Source: Eledone cirrhosa (taxonomy: Eukaryota). Taken from it: a stretch of DNA of 64,000 bases. The notes below the pieces were generated by a model that did no database searches, was not told where the DNA came from, and saw only the letters and a program-made list of their open reading frames with translations. The stretch's first letter is position 1. Every line of letters starts with the position of its first letter. Below, piece by piece: positions 12,880 through 26,488 of the stretch. The stretch is taken from the NCBI GenBank assembly GCA_964016885.1, contig OZ024746.1, positions 46,500,001 through 46,564,000 on the forward strand, in the 5' to 3' direction. A program made the position numbers and the translations under genes.

Positions 12880-13500
12880 TAATGCCACACCATATATTGC
12901 TGTTCACACGGAAGGCCACTCAGTGGAAGCTGCTGGCCAATTTTCCTATCTTGTATTAAATAAAGGTACTTCTGAAAAGGACATAAATAATAGGATTAAA
13001 ACTGCCGACAATACATATGGTAGGCTCATATATTGGGTCTTTGAATATCATAGTCTCACTCACAAAACGAAAATCATTGTTTTTGAATCAATTGTTCTCT
13101 CAATACTGTATTATGCTTGTTAGACGTGGACCCTGTACTGTTGTGATTTAAAACTGTTAAAAAGATTTAAGCAAATGAGATTACATTGCATTCTTCAAAT
13201 TAACTGGAAAGATCACATTACTCACATTACAAACAATGAGACCCTCTTCAAAGATTCTCTCCATAGCATTCAGATACAAAATATATATACTACTGACTAT
13301 GCTGTGTAGGACATTGGAGAAATTATTATTACCTTGTAGTGCACAAATACCTTGTAGTGCACTAAAGCAGCATTTTAAAGATCAACTTAATTCATCTCTG
13401 ATCCAAGCAGAATTCTGTTTAAATATTTAAGAGAAGTCAGCTGCACATGTAAAAACCTGAATCTGAGCTGTCTTCAAAGGTTCAAATGCCTTTGAAAAAT
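12880..13500 (+). mobile_element. RTE/BovB-like LINE relic (RT thumb region)
   Basis: FSYL..EKDINNRIKTADNTYGRL..TKIIVFESIVLSILYYAC*TWTLY..LKRFKQMRLHCILQINWKDHIT resembles the RTE-BovB motif RIAKAS..FGRL..LLYGCETWTLY. Confidence 0.75.
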
Positions 13501-16500
13501 CAAAAACTCCACGATGATCTATGAGCATCTTGTACAATATATGCTATTCTCTATCACATATAATGTTGAAAATAGCTGAATTTCGAAAAAAAAAAAGGGC
13601 TTGGAATCAAGCTCATATTCTCAACAAGGAGCCAAAACCCACTGTATACTTTCCTGCCAACAGGATTCATATCATTTTTCAGCTGTTGCACTCGATAGTG
13701 CATTCTTACCACATACATTGGACAATCAAGGAAATAGAACCTGTTAACTTTCTATGATGCTGTTCAATGCATGATATTGCAGCTCATTTAAACTTTGTAA
13801 ATTGATATCAACATCAGCAGCATTGGTTATTGAATTCTATTAATGTCATCAATAATAGGCATGCATTCAGGTAATTCTAAGCATTCAGGTAATTCGACAT
13901 TTTCTGAACACTATGTATTCTTCTTTTGTTCTGTTATCTGCTATGAAATCCTTAAATTACTACTCAAACTACTGGAATCACATCAGAGGATTACCTGGTG
14001 TATTTAGGGGACATATAATGACAAACAATTCTTTCAGTTAAGGAAATAATGTGACTTCAACTATTTTTTATACACATCACACATATTCCTCCATTATTTA
14101 GCAAATTTTCTTCTTTGAACTGTTGCTTTGTAAGTTATTTCTTTTATCTATAAATTAACACATTTATGGGCATACATCTCTAAAAACATTTGTATCAATT
14201 AATTTCTCTACACATCATTCAAACCACACATAGTTGAATGAAAGAACTTGAAGAAGGATATTACAGAAAACCATAAAGGCCATAAACTGTACTAATATAT
14301 GTCTAATAACACAGGACAGCTAACCAAAATAAACCAAACATTAGATATCAATCATACATACAATGACAATTACATAACTCAGATCAAAGCTGATTTAGGC
14401 ACAATTATATTGAAACTCATTGAAGCATATTAAGAGGAACATAGGTATAGAAACTGAGTAGAAATTGTATTAGGAAAAAATAATTGTTTCTACTTTTGGT
14501 ACAAGGACAGAAATTATCCCCTGAAATTGTTGGCCATGTGCTTAAATCAGAAACCATAATTTGTATCTACTTTCATCTGCTCTTCTACTATGCACTAATT
14601 TAGCTTTAACTCCCCATCAAACAACTGACAGCTAAGTTTGACATTGTAGTTGATTTCTGAGCTAGACATACTAGGAGGTAACCCTGGTGCATGCATTTAA
14701 TATGCTATTGTGTATATTTAATCTCAGAAGATATTTGCTGGCTAATCAAGTGATATTTGAAGTTTGTCCTAAACACTTTCCATCACATAGAATACAAAAA
14801 TCTTGGCTATGTTAAAGACAACCTTATTTATTTATTCATTCATAATTTTCTACTAAACAGTGCTGTGTTGTGTTGTTGGAAACACTATGATACTTTGCTA
14901 ACTGAAATTATTTGCTTTATATCGCAAAAATATATCTATCTGGCTGTAAAGACATTTGTTTCAATAATTCAGAATTAAATATGAAATTTTGAGTAACTTT
15001 TATACCTATACTAGCATGAAGTAAATTTATCTAAAATGGTAGAATAGAAAGAAAAGTTGTCAAAATATCTTCACAATGAAAGATTAATAAAAACGAACCA
15101 ACGAGGAAATCAGAATTATGGCTGGAAATGATATTATAGAATGTGGTTTCTTGTTTAAATTTTATATTAAAGATTTATTTCATTATATCTATAGTATAAG
15201 CAATAGATACATGAAACCTATTCAGAACTTATGATATTTCAGTTAAAGAAGTGTTACTTAAGGGTAAATTGCTCATTTAATTGAATATCAATAACTGGGA
15301 AATAATATAATTTTCCTCCTTTTAATTTTTTCATAGAAACCATTCTCTACTTCATAATTCAAACAACTACTATGTATTGATTATTAAAGTTCTCAATTAA
15401 ATGTATCTGAACAAAGGAAACTTCACATACTAAGCACATGAAATCTAGGCTCATTTGATTATGAAGATGTAACAATTTTCTTTTTTTAAACAATTATGTT
15501 ATTGGATCATCCTATAAGTAATGTCAATATTATAACCAAATTTAAAAGAATGCAATCTGATAATCTGATATATATTTTTTCATTGCTATCAATGAGTCTA
15601 TAAAGACTTTAAATTCCTTTCTCTCTTCCTAATTAAATAATAAATATTGATGCACAAAAATAAAACGTAAATTATCTTGGTCAGTCTCTTGGAAAATCTC
15701 AAAGTAAATAAATTGAGTTTTACTGTCCAATTTGATGGCAATTACAAAAGGGGCGTCTTCAAAAACAGCTGATGGAATATTCCAGAAATTACAGTATCAG
15801 CAATACCTATATTTATTCATAATACATGCAATATCTTAAATAATTTGGTAACACTATTTTTTTTCTATTTTCTATTTCAACTTATTAAGAACATTTTGTT
15901 AAATATATACCATAGAAAGAATCAGTTTGGACAATGCAAAATCCACTATTTCAGCTAACATCATGCATGACACCAGACTTGATAAACATTTCCAGGGACA
16001 TAACCATCAGAAAATGATAGCCTATATAGGAATGGATACAATTAAATGTTTTCATCTTTACAAATGGCATTACTTATGAGATGTGTTAGTATATAAATGC
16101 GATATGTTTTTTTAAAATCTTTTTTTGGTTTTATGTCATGATTTGATGTCATTCCTTGTATTTTATGTGACTAAGTGCCTATTAAAGGAGCAATTTAGTA
16201 AGGCTTCAATGATGATATACTTCACAGTGCAGCTGAATCAAAAATAAACACGTATTATTATTGCTGCAAAGATGGCAACTCCGGTCAGAATATCTGCTCT
16301 CTAGAGATTTGTCATCAGAATCTAATACCATCAATTAATATGTCATCTATTTGAAGACAGTTCCCTTAGTAACAGTTTGTTGAATCACTATTAACAATTT
16401 ATCATCAACTAGCTAATCCTATTAAACTTAGTTGTTAATGTTGTTCATTTCATTATTATTTTAATTGTTGTTAACACTGCTTCAGTTTGTCTAATCAGAT

Positions 16501-16796
16501 TTCATCAGAGACTAATTTATGGGAAATACATTATTCTGAATCTCACAAAAAATTTTAATATTATGATTATTATTGTTGGATAGCACCCTGGTTAGCCTCT
16601 GTTCTACCAAATCTGTAATATGGAAGTAGGCAATCAAATATTGTTCAAGAACCCACAGGTTCTTATCTTCACTGTGCCAAAATGTCATTTTTAAAAACAG
16701 GAAAAAATATCTAACAATTAGATTTAACATTGCTTTTTTTGTCAAATTTAATTGTTAAATATTTTACTAGGACGCTGTTGTCCCCATGGCCCTTGC

Positions 16797-16867
16797 AAGA
16801 AGAAGAAGAAGAAGAAGAAGAAGAAGAAGAAGAAGAAGAAGAAGAAGAAGAAGAAGAAGAAGAAGAA
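16797..16867. repeat. (GAA)n microsatellite
   Basis: Perfect trinucleotide run. Confidence 0.98.
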
Positions 16868-17428
16868 ATTTTACTTTATGTGTTTGAGCCAGTATATGAG
16901 AAATTAGTTAAACAACATTCAATGATTTGCTTTGATTGGCTTTTCAACAGCTGAGTATTTATATTTAATCTCCTGTGGGAAACATTAAACTGATACCTCA
17001 AAATTTAGATTGGTCATCCTAAACCTATTAATTTTACATAGCTTAAAATGCTTTTGTTTGTGTCATCAATTTCTATTGACAATTTGAAATGCTTCATTGT
17101 TCAATAGAAATTTAACTTGCTCAATATAACCATGTAGTGAAATGTCCATTAAACTCTCTAACGTCTTTAAAAATGAATAATTCCAGTTTTAATTTGTTAA
17201 ACTTAGAACAATATATCCAATAAAAGTTTTCACTATCACCAAATGAAATATTGATCAAACTACGAGTTTTGAATCAAACTGACATTCAAAATAACATGTA
17301 CCTGTAGTGCTAGATATGTAGATTGTTACTAAATAAGTGATCAACTAAATCTCTGTCAGGATTTTGCTCAATCATTATTACCAATAACCCTAACCATCCA
17401 CAGCAATACCAGTTCAATTAATGAAAAT

Positions 17429-17602
17429 AATTGTTTCTACTTTAGGCAGAAGGTCAGCAATTTGAAGGAGAGAGGAAAGTCGATTAAATTGACCTCAGTA
17501 CATTACTGGTGCTTTATTTTATCGACATTGTAAGGATGAAAGGCAAAGCTACTCTCAGAAGAATTTTAACTCAGAACGTAAAGGGCCGTGACTCTATGCT
17601 GC
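17429..17602 (-). mobile_element. OK-type SINE, long variant
   Basis: Reverse complement of the family, including the extra ggagagaggaaagtcgattaaattgacc segment. Confidence 0.88.
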
Positions 17603-18750
17603 GAAGCATGGTGTCCGACTCTCTATAGATACTGCCAATCCAACTAATGATAATAATAGACAAAATAACATGAATATTTCTATCATATGCTTCAGGATTC
17701 CATGGGTGACATAGATAGAAATCTCTATACTCCCAACTACACATACAAATATAAAAACACACAAAGTTATACACACTCCAAGAACATGGAATGTCCTTGG
17801 TAATGAAGTAGAGATTAACATGAATCTGTTGAAGAAATAATATAACAATATTTGCTTCTATTGCACGAAATGACCAAATAAAAATGTCAAGACAGACCAT
17901 GGATTAAGTCTACCAAACCAAGCAGCAGACAAGAGCATGATTTGAATTTAGAATGCAGTGAGGTGAAATTATTCTGTAAGAAATAATCAAAATGCAAATT
18001 TAAGTGAAAGAAAAAATCAAGACAAAGAATGTAAGAGAGAAAAAAACAACTGAGTGAAATTCAGAGGCGGAAATAATATGTGATAGTATATGATAAAGGG
18101 TATTGAATTAGGCAATGACCTGGCGAAAAAACTTCAACAGACTGTCAAAATGAAATTTGATATCATGCATTTTGCCCCTTATGACTCAGGGGTGTTTTTT
18201 TTGTGTGTGTTTTCGTCACCTATATTTTTCTCCAATATCTTTCCACTTCATCTCTCATCGGGTTTTCTCTTTTTTCTCTGTATCTGATCATCAAGAACTG
18301 TATTCTTTTCTGCTCTCTCTCCCTTTTTATTTGTCTGTCTTTCTCTGTTATTTTTGAATCACAGGAGTTCAGCCAAAAGTTTAATTTCTCTGTGGCAAGG
18401 TATTGGCATATCTATATCTGTTACTATTTAATCTACAGCCTATCAAGGAACCTTTAGAATATAAGGCACTTTTAATAAACTGTCTGTGTTCATGTGTGTA
18501 TATATATATGCATGCATGCATTCATACATACATGTGGAATGTTTGCAGGGCAAAGATCAGGAAGACCACAAATTACAGTAGCCCCCGATGCATGATGAGA
18601 AAAAATATGGGTATATTAATGAAGTAGGTTTTGACCACAAGCTCTGCATTTTCAGCTTTTGATATCTGTAAACTTGTTCATATATATATATATATATATG
18701 TGTGTCAAGTAAGAATATTTTCGAAACACCAAGCGGGTTTGAAATTAGAA

Positions 18751-18955
18751 ATATAAGCTATCGCCGTATTTTGACTAAAGAAATTAAAGAAATTATTTAG
18801 CCTGATAGTGGTGTTAAGAACCCTCGGAGAAATGAAAAAGATGAGTATTGACATCAATATTCATCTTTTTCCATTTCTCCGAGGGTTCTTAACACCACTA
18901 TCAGGCTAAATAATTTCTTTAATTTCTTTAGTCAAAATACGGCAATAGCCTATAT
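18751..18955. repeat. Near-perfect ~205-bp palindrome
   Basis: ~101-bp arms, ~2-nt loop near 18852, three substitutions and one indel. Embedded between (TA)n runs. Confidence 0.97.
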
Positions 18956-18982
18956 ATATATATATTTATATATATATATATA

Positions 18983-19102
18983 AACAAGCTGTAACTGCTT
19001 GGTGCTGCAGTCAGGAATTTACACATCTCTATACCCACTCTACATCTCCCAAAATATCGAGTACTCACATAATGAGTAGTCTCCTCGGCTCACCACTGCA
19101 GG

Positions 19103-19107
<5 letters not shown>
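18983..19107 (+). repeat. Unclassified ~120-bp dispersed repeat within (TA)n
   Basis: Motifs gcagtcagga and acccactctaca..gagtac recur inverted at 50078-50170 and partially at ~62148-62178. Confidence 0.65.
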
Positions 19108-19137
<30 letters not shown>

Positions 19138-19739
19138 GTTAATCCCTTCTCACTGACTACAATATACTAGTTGTTATAGTTAATGTCAAAGACTTACCCT
19201 GTCATGGGCTATTTTTTTTTCAGGAATTTTGGATATCATTCAATATGTATATACCTCTGTCCATATATAAATGTGTGATTGGGTAGATATATGTGTATAT
19301 GTGTATGTTTGTGTTTTATATACATAAATATTAACTTAGTAACATCACATCTCTCGCATGAAACATACTGATAGGAGAATATACTAACTACAGCCATATT
19401 TTGTACTTGGATTTACATATTTATCTTGTTAAGATATATGTATTTAGCTTTATTAAAGGAAAGCATTTAAAGGAAATAAATATATCATATTTCCTGTTTA
19501 TAGGTAGTTTACTTAACAATAATAACAGCTGAGTAACAAGGAAATAACTATACAATTTAGCCCAAAGGGATCAATGTGTTGCAAAATACAAAACAATTGC
19601 TGAAGTACGAAGTAGCACTAGAATTACTGGTATTGTTATGCACAAATATATATATATTTTCAAGTCTACATTCTCTTATTAGTCTTACAGTGTATATATG
19701 GAAAGCTGGTATAAACTGATGATGACATATATATTCAGC

Positions 19740-19900
19740 TTGACACATATTGAGTCAAGCTGAATCTTCCTGAAAACTATATGAAGAGTGCACATGTCTA
19801 AATAATGCTCAGCCACCTAAGTGCTAATTACATGAGGACGCAGCTCTGTTGTTTGAATACTTGGAATACTCATAGTTGAAGCAGATGGAGGCCCGACAGC
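19740..19900 (+). mobile_element. 3' segment of an old CORE-type SINE
   Basis: gctgaatcttcctgaaaactat..atgctcagcca matches the inverted tail of the 42960-43222 SINE. Confidence 0.5.
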
Positions 19901-19922
19901 TTATATATATATATATATATAT

Positions 19923-20290
19923 ATCATCATCATCATCATCATCGTTTAACGTCCATGTTCCACGCTTGCATGGGTTTGGATGGGGGTTTTCCCACTTGAG
20001 GCAAGAGTGATTGTCTTGCTCGCATAGGACTGTCTGGCGGGTTTTCTACAGCTGGATGCCTTTCCTAACACCAACCACATTTACAGTGTGGGACTGGGAG
20101 GTTTTTACCGTGTTGCCTACACGGCCACATTACAGCGTGGACTGTGTGTTTTTTGTCGTGACACCTACACGATCTCATTTGTTTCGGCCTGGATGTTGTG
20201 GCACCAACATCACTTTGCATTGAAAGGGGCGGTGTGGATGGGGTGGGGGGTGTATTTTGTTAGAGATGCCTACTCACTGTAGTAGGTTTT
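19923..20290 (-). mobile_element. RTE LINE 3' UTR-only copy (family B)
   Basis: Near-identical to 34990-35370. (GAT)n tail. Both ends lie in (TA)n. Confidence 0.92.
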
Positions 20291-20329
<39 letters not shown>

Positions 20330-20673
20330 CATACACACACACACACACACGCGTGAATATATATGTTTATGAGCCACTGTGTGTGTGTGTGCTACTGTGT
20401 GTGTCCCAATGTGTGTGTGTGTGTTTTATTGGAAAATGAGTGAATATATTTTGGAAATTTACATATCATATTTCCCATTTTTGTCACTTTCATGGTGATT
20501 TGGAGAAAAGAAATCATTTCACACACACCTAATGTTTGAAATTATAAGACTCAAATTGTTTGAAACTAGCTCCTTTTACTTGTCAAATTCCCTGCTTACA
20601 CTTGAAATTTGAACCTAAAATTTATTTTAGAACAAGTTTAATTACATATTCATATGCAAATCGTTCTGTTTAA

Positions 20674-20894
20674 CCCTTTAGCATTTACATTATTCTATAT
20701 ATACTATTGTAATTTTGTGGTAAAGGGTTTATCTTAGATAATTATTTCACATAAAATCGAATCTATGAGATTTTGATGTTATTTCTTTTAAGATCAATAC
20801 CTTAACTTCAGTATGAGTGGCCAGTTACGGCTGGTTTGAAAAGAAAGGGATTAGAGAATTCTGGCTGGATATGGCCTGTTTATATGCTAAAGGG
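20674..20894. mobile_element. piggyBac-type MITE (221 bp)
   Basis: TTAA|CCCTTTAGCAT...ATGCTAAAGGG|TTAA. Homologous copies at 47561-47781 and 42018-42256. Confidence 0.85.
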
Positions 20895-21632
20895 TTAAAC
20901 AATTGATCATTTGCCAGAAAATCTGTAAACAGTAATTTTGCTTCTAACAATATTACAATTTTCTATTTGTTGAATATATATGGGAAATGAGGTTATAAAC
21001 CTCTATTCAACTCAATAAGTAATTCATAAATGAATACCTCACGGAAATCAACAGACTCATGTATGAAAAGGTCAACAGGAACAATTGTTAGATAAAAATC
21101 AACATATGGAACACAAATGACATTGAATGCCACAAACAGCAATTTTAGTTATTATTTAAAAGAAATTTGTTTTATGTGACCATTGAGTTGACCTCACAGT
21201 ATGAATAGTAATGGAAAATATTGTTTCAGTTCATATCAATTGAATCTACTAGCATTACCCTTTGAAAGAGAAAAGGTAATGGCCACCAGATCGAATGCCG
21301 TTTTAATTAGTCAATTTTTTTTATTTTACTTTGGCAAAGTATTAAAACAACGTGTATATGTGATATTAAAGCCTAAAGTCTGTTTCAAGCCTGTAGACTC
21401 ATCAGGCCAGCGCTTATCACAGTTTCTGTGGCAATAAGCGACTGAGAATACAAGACATCCCCATGGCCAGGATGTCAGTCCATCACAGAGTTAAACTTTC
21501 TAGCTATTGCTGGTACTCCCCAAGGAGGATAGTTAATGTCCGTTTCATAGCAATTTGAATACATTGGTCTAATTAAATTAAGCATCTACCATCTGTTTGT
21601 ATGTAAATTATTTTGATAAACATAATTCTAGT

Positions 21633-21676
21633 AAGATTAGGGAAATTGACATATTAATGTCAATTTCCCTAATCTT
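21633..21676. repeat. Perfect 20-bp inverted repeat, 4-nt loop
   Basis: aagattagggaaattgacat-atta-atgtcaatttccctaatctt. Confidence 0.95.
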
Positions 21677-21980
21677 TTACAATAACAATCTATGTTAAAA
21701 TCACCTGAATTATTGTAATGACTTCTACACAGTAATGGCGCCAGTATTAAATACAAGTTATTAAAGACTATATTATATACTGCAGCTATTTAATTGGATA
21801 GTTTGTTTATATTAACAGAAAGTGGTACCAATATATACTTTTTGTTTCCAAATGTATAAAGAATACATAGGAATGGCTATGAAATTTCCAATAAAATACA
21901 CGTCTATTATACCATATATGCAAGTGCAAACATATGGAGATAAGATGTTTTAAAGGAAACATTCATATTATTCCTTCTAG

Positions 21981-22160
21981 GAATTGGTAGTATCGGTAGA
22001 GGGTCGGACATGATTACCAGCATAGTTATGTCCCTTTACATTCTGAGTTCAAATCCTGCCAAGGTTAACTTTGCCTTTCATCCTTACGGGGTCGATAAAA
22101 TAAAGTACCAGTAATGTACTGGGTAATTGCTGGCCTTGTGCCAAAAGTAGAAACTATTAT
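21981..22160 (+). mobile_element. OK-type SINE with TSD
   Basis: TSD tattattccttcta at 21966-21979 and 22155-22168. Confidence 0.93.
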
Positions 22161-22607
22161 TCCTTCTATGTACACACATGAATTATTTAGACTGTGTGAT
22201 AGTCAAATGAATTTGGGCCTAATGACTGGCAGATTTTTTTTCTCTTAATCAACAATGGTTTTCATTCAACTAAACATGTCTATATTTTATCAGTTTGACA
22301 GCTGGAAACTTTAATCAATGTAGGTAAGCAGACAGTCCATTGTTGAAAGGCAAAAGCCTTGCAATGAGATATTTTTCCTGAATGCTTAAAGAATATTTTC
22401 TGTAATAGTAACCTGAAAATTAGCTAAGAAAAAAAAAAAAAAAGAGCAAAAGAAAATCAAACAAAAAACAGGGAAATAACGAGAAAGCACACTCATGCAT
22501 AATTATTCCTTGTGTAGTTCTTTACATTTGTATTCAGTCTTTCCATCACCCAAGACAAAAGGCAGACATAATAAATTGTCAAAAGAAGGTGTTTAACATG
22601 ACAAAAT

Positions 22608-22789
22608 AATTGTTTATACTTTTGACACAAGGCCAGCAATTACGCAGTACATTACTGGTACTTCATTTTATTGACCCCCGTAAGGATGAAAGGCAAAGTT
22701 AAGCTCGGCAGGATTTGAACTCAGATCATAAAGGGACGTAACTCTATGCTTCAACGCATGGCATCCGGCTCTCTACCAATACTGCCAAA
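22608..22789 (-). mobile_element. OK-type SINE
   Basis: Reverse complement of the family, from tail to head. Confidence 0.9.
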
Positions 22790-23104
22790 TGATTTTTTTC
22801 TAGATTATGTTTCATTTTATTAGAGTCTATTCACACCAAACTGGTCAACTTTTGTGTTTTCCATTTTTGTCAAATATCCAGTCATTTGGTCACTTATACA
22901 ATTTTCCTTATATACTTCCAAATTTTCGTTTTTGTTTTATAACATTCGCTCTGTATTATTTTCTGTAATAACTATATTCTCATACATGTATAATATAATT
23001 ATTTTCTGTGTTTTTCTTCTTTCTTAACCAAGAATATACATGCACACACACATGCATGCATGCACGTGCACATATATACAAGTATGTATGTAAAAAAGGT
23101 TAAG

Positions 23105-23402
23105 ACCATCTTCATTCATGAATGTCCATGGTAATTGCACCTAGAAAGTTCCTCTCCAAGACATGAGCCTAAGCAAGTTTGTTTGTGAAAAATCAACGGT
23201 CACTCATGCATGTCACCAATAATGTCCAAAGGAAAGTCAAAGGCTGATAGAGCTTGCCATCAGTGACATCACAACTCATTTTTTCAGCTGAGGCAACTGG
23301 AACTACCTCAAATAAAGTGTCTTGCTCAAGGGCACAGCACACTGCCCAGTCTGGAAATTTGAACTCCCAACCAAAAGATTGTAAAGCTTAATACTCTAAC
23401 CA
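23105..23402 (-). mobile_element. Older CORE-type SINE
   Basis: CORE-like segment aaataaagtgtcttgctcaagggcacagcac and tRNA-like head on the minus strand. Confidence 0.65.
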
Positions 23403-23421
23403 ATACACACACAGACACACA

Positions 23422-23499
<78 letters not shown>

Positions 23500-23512
23500 A
23501 TGTATATATATA

Positions 23513-23670
23513 AAGTCGGTGTTAGAAAGGGCATCCAGCCATAGAAAACCTGCCATATACAGTCCTATATGAGCGAGACATGGTCACCCGATCAATATTG
23601 CCTCAAGTGGAACAATTCTTGTCTAACCCATGCTACCATGAAAGATAGATGTTAAACGATGATGATGATT
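23513..23670 (+). mobile_element. Short RTE-type 3' end
   Basis: ggtgttagaaagggcatccagcc...aacccatgct...gttaaacgatgatgatgat, shared with the RTE 3' UTRs. Confidence 0.8.
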
Positions 23671-23720
23671 ATATTACTCTTTTACTCTTTTACCTGTTTC
23701 AGCCATCCGGCTGAGGCCAT

Positions 23721-26488
23721 ATGTCAGTGTACAGGGTAAATGCAAGAATCATTAAACTCAGACTAGTCCTGAATAAAACAATTACCACAATAATATCAGC
23801 TTACGTACCCCAATCGGGGCTGTCAGACGAACTTAAGGATAGGTTTTACAAGTCCCTAATGCACACTACTGCTCTAACAGATGACAATGACTTCCTAATC
23901 ATTGCAGGAGATTTTAACGGACACGTAGGTAAACACTGCGATGGCTTCAATAGAGTACATGGAGGCCATGGGGTTGGCACAAGGAATGAGGAAGGATTCA
24001 GACTTCTAGAATTCTGTGACGCCAATGACATGTCGATATGTAACACAAACTTTAAAAAACCCAACAACCACCTGATCACCTATAGATCAGGGGAGCAATC
24101 TAGTCAGTTAGATTTTATCCTCATCAGAGGACGTGACAGTGAGGAATGTACATCCCAACATAGCTTAGTTGTCAGCGACCTCACGGTCAGAACTAGACGA
24201 ACCCGGAAACAGAGGCCAACCTGGAGAAGAAAGATCTGGAAGCTGAAAGTCCCTTCAACCAGTGACAGATTTAAAGATATATTACTCAACGCCTATGACA
24301 GTAAAGAAGAACAGATAGAGACATTTAATGTAGAAGAGAACTGGGAGTTCCTAAAAAATAATTTACTAGAGGCGACGGATGAGGTCTGTGGCTGGAGTAA
24401 GACCTCAAGCAGGAGGAGAGTGACTTGGTGGTGGAACAATAAGGTAGATGAAGCAGTTAAGGCCAAGAGACAGGCATGGAAAGAATGGAAGAACGGGGGG
24501 AGCAGGGTACATTACATAGAGACCAAGAGGGAAGCTAGGCGACAAGTATACTTAGCTAGAAGGGAAGCAGAGGATAAAAAATTCAAGCATGTTTTGCAAT
24601 GTGAGGACCAGAAACAGGAGGTATTCAAGATTGCGAGGCAGTGTGTCAGAGATAGTTGGGATGTCATTGGAGAGAAGTGTATCCGGAATGATAAAGGTGA
24701 GCTTGCCCTCACAAGTGCTGAGAAGAAAGATGCATGGAAGAGTCATTACTAAATGAGGAGAATGCATGGGAAGAAGAGACCCTACCCCAAGTAGACCCTA
24801 TAGAGGGACCAGCAGTACAAGTCAGCAGCAGCGTAGTAAGTAAGGCAATCAAAGATATGAAGAGGGGAAGGCAACCGGTCCATCGGGTATAGCTGCCGAG
24901 ATGCTGAAGGCATCTGGGTCTGTAGGTCACACTATAACCTCACGTATCGTTAACCAGGTAATACTAGAAGGTGCCATACCAAAAGATTGGTGCAGTAGCA
25001 TCATTGTCAACTGCTACAAAGGTAAAGGCGATGCACTAGATAGAGGAATCTATAGAAGTATAAAGTTGATGGACCAGGTCATGAAAGTAACAGAAAGAGT
25101 TATAGCACAGCTGATTAGGGACCGGGTGAAAATAGACGAGATGCAATTTGGGTTTGTACCAGGAAGAGGCACCACTGATACCCTCTTCCTTGTGAGTGAG
25201 GCAATTACAGGAAAAGTACCTAGCTAAAAGTAAGCCACTCTACTTGGCATTTGTCGACCTTGAGAAAGCCTTTGACAGAGTTCCACGTGCTGTAATCTGG
25301 TGGGCTCTTAGAAAACTAGGAGTAGATGAATGGCTTGTGAAAGCGGTACAAGCCATGTATAGGGGAGCAGTCAGCAAAGTTAGGATTAGCAATGAGTATA
25401 GCGAGGAATTTAGCGTACAGGTTGGGGTCCACCAGGGCTCTGTTCTTAGCCCTCTCCTGTTCATCATAGTCCTGCAGGCAATAACGGAGGAGTTTAAGAC
25501 CGGATGCCCATGGGAACTCCTGTATGCTGATGACCTCGCACTCATAGCTGAATCTATGGTAGAACTAGAGAAGAAATTCCAAACTTGGAAGCAGGGACTA
25601 GAAAGAAAGGGTCTCAAAGTCAACATGACAAAGACTAAGGTCCTTGTAAGTAGACGAGAAAACAGAACCCAGATCCCCTCAGGGAAATGGCCTTGCTCAG
25701 TATGTAGGAAAGGTGTAGGTAGGAACTCCATTCTCTGCCCCAAATGCAAACAATGGGTACACAAGAGATGTAGCGGGATCTCAGGAAGCTTAATTAAGAA
25801 TGTAGGATTCACATGCAGCAGCTGTGCTGAGACAGCAAGCAGCAAACAGCCACAGGAAACAAGTACCACCAATCTCTGGGAGGGCCCTGTAGAAACAGTA
25901 GACAGCTTCTGCTACCTAGGTGATCGAATTAGCAGCGGAGGTGGGTGTTCAGAAAGTACAATAACTAGGGTAAGAACGGGATGGAAGACGTTTAGGGAAC
26001 TACTACCACTGCTAGCTGCAAAAGGCTTCTCCCTCAGAATGAAAGGCAGACTGTATGATGCATGTATCCGAACAGCGATGTTGCATGGTAGTGAGACCTG
26101 GGTGCTGAAGGTGGAAGACTTACGTAGATTAGAGAGAAACGAAGCCTGCATGCTCCGATGTATGTGTAACAGTAATATACGTGAACGACAAAGCATAAAT
26201 GAATTGAGAGAGAGACTGAGCATAAGAGGAATCAAATGCTGTGTGCAGGAGAGGCGGTTGCGCTGGTATGGACATGTGATGCGTATGAAGGATGACAGCT
26301 GCATAAAAAGGTGCAGAGCACTAGAAGTCAATGGAAACCACGGAGTGGGGAGACCCAAGAAGACCTGGGATGAGGTGATAAAAGCCGACCTTACCCAATT
26401 ACACCTCTCAAAGGCGATGACACACAACCGTGACCTCTCGCGTCACGCAGTAATACAGAGTACCCGACCTCCCATGGGTACAAGCTGA
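23721..26488 (+). pseudogene. Disrupted endonuclease/reverse transcriptase ORF of the RTE LINE
   Basis: ORF pieces 23721-24752, 24901-25227 and 25196-26488. Frameshifts near 24750, 24863 and 25195 (gtga duplication). Confidence 0.93.

Noticed and set aside
16730-16954. Poly-Glu ORF and other ER/HT/VC/YI repeat ORFs
   Set aside because: Microsatellite translations
25240-26427. Long antisense ORFs opposite the RTE RT (also 31398-31898 and 35657-36801)
   Set aside because: Shadow frames of the LINE ORF with no independent motifs
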